Source: Chlamydiales bacterium
GTDB taxonomy: Bacteria > Chlamydiota > Chlamydiia > Chlamydiales > JAAZZY01
Length of the DNA: 64,000 nt
Assembly (NCBI GenBank): GCA_965206695.1
Contig: CBDBKM010000011.1
Coordinates: 256,001 to 320,000, forward strand
Direction: 5' to 3'
The notes under the pieces are model-generated. The model was not told the DNA's origin. It did not search any database and saw only the letters and a program-made list of their open reading frames with translations. Both the position numbers and the translations under genes were made by a program. Each line of letters starts with the position of its first letter. Position 1 is the stretch's first letter. Below, in pieces: positions 63,157 through 64,000 of the stretch.

Positions 63157-64000
63157 CTATGAAGTGCAACACATAGGCACCTCATTATACCTCAAATTTC
63201 TTTGATTGAAAACCTCTATAGGCATTTTAAAATTCAAACTTTTCCTTGATCTGTTATTTAACAAATGTTCTATTCTTTTTACTTCTTCATCCGTTACTTT
63301 TGATAAATCAGTTTTTTTAGGGAGGTACTGTCTGACAAGCCCATTTGTATATTCATTCAATCCTCTTTCCCGGAAGCGATAGGGTTTAGCAAAATAAAAC
63401 TCTGCGTTAAGTTTTGCACTGACCTCTTTATGCCCGGAAAATTCTCAACCGTTATCTGTCGTTAATATATACACCTTGTCCTTAATAAGCTCTAAACGTT
63501 CAATTAAAGCATTAGCAACACCATGAGCCTGTTTAGATTCTACCTTCATAAGCATTGTATCTTTAGAAGCTTCGGCAACAATAGAGACAAGCACCCCTTT
63601 ATGATTTCTTTCTATTATTGTATCGCATTCAAAATCTCCTATCCTTGTTTTCATATCGACAATCTCAGGGCTTTCATCACTGTCAATCCTATTGGGAATA
63701 CAGCCACGGCCTGTTTTGACAGAACCTCGTTTGTTATACTTCTTACCCTGATGTCTTAAATTCTTATATAAACGGCCTCCATTTTGTTGATCTTTCCAAA
63801 TATGACGATAGATACTTTCATGGCCGGTAAAAAGCCCATTCTCTTTTAACCTGCCGGATATCTGAACAGGACTCCACTGAAACCTTAACCTATTTTCTAT
63901 GGCCGGACCTATTTCAGAAGTCATTTTTTTCTTTATACTACTTGCTTTTAACCGCCTGTGTTCTGATTTAATTTGAGCTGCAATATAAATATATCTACCT
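63157..64000 (-). mobile_element. IS30-family transposase pseudogene, partial
   Basis: WSPVQISGRL, GDFECDTI, TTDNG*EF (in-frame stop at 63445), ERGLNEYTNGLVRQYLPK. Confidence 0.9.

Noticed and set aside
30058..63447. TGA recoding suggested by in-frame TGA codons in IS630-A and IS30
   Set aside because: TGA ends intact genes such as pncB, cyoB and cyoE, and the in-frame cases fall only in decaying elements at non-Trp positions.
2384..63759. Many short antisense or alternate-frame ORFs in the track (e.g. 10501-10890, 48396-48725, 54126-54380)
   Set aside because: Shadow ORFs of well-supported genes.
1..64000. CRISPR array, rRNA or tRNA genes
   Set aside because: No regularly spaced direct repeats, cloverleaf/T-loop signatures or rRNA motifs were recognised by eye.

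Overview
AT-rich bacterial chromosome segment, most likely from an environmental Chlamydiae-type endosymbiont. This assignment is an inference from the stand-alone nqrF, the alaS-mfd-efp neighbourhood, a DUF1504-type antiporter, sigma66/70-like promoters and orphan effector-like genes. Intact housekeeping and energy genes are htpG (partial), nqrF, nadE, epmA, efp, mfd, alaS, sixA, pncB, rmuC, usp, a three-gene pnt transhydrogenase and cyoABCD plus cyoE. The window also holds a two-partner secretion locus with an intact TpsB and a centrally frameshifted, roughly 8.5 kb filamentous-haemagglutinin-like TpsA, a tandem array of orphan paralogues, a GH18 hydrolase and a lipase-like protein. IS load is heavy: five copies of one IS630, other IS630, IS701, IS5, IS1-like, IS605, IS1634 and IS30 elements, several MITEs, and nested insertions. 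The most unusual signals are (1) strong CCGG enrichment, with repeated CTGG/CCAG-to-CCGG-type substitutions at conserved codons of decaying genes; (2) an unassigned 369-nt, highly structured minus-strand RNA-like element at 27796-28164; (3) a 272-bp protein-less IS605 derivative that keeps a TnpB omega/reRNA-like module and sits head-to-head with a full IS605 at a palindromic site upstream of pncB; and (4) a tiny Cys-rich lipoprotein inside the cyo cluster. No CRISPR array, rRNA or tRNA was recognised.
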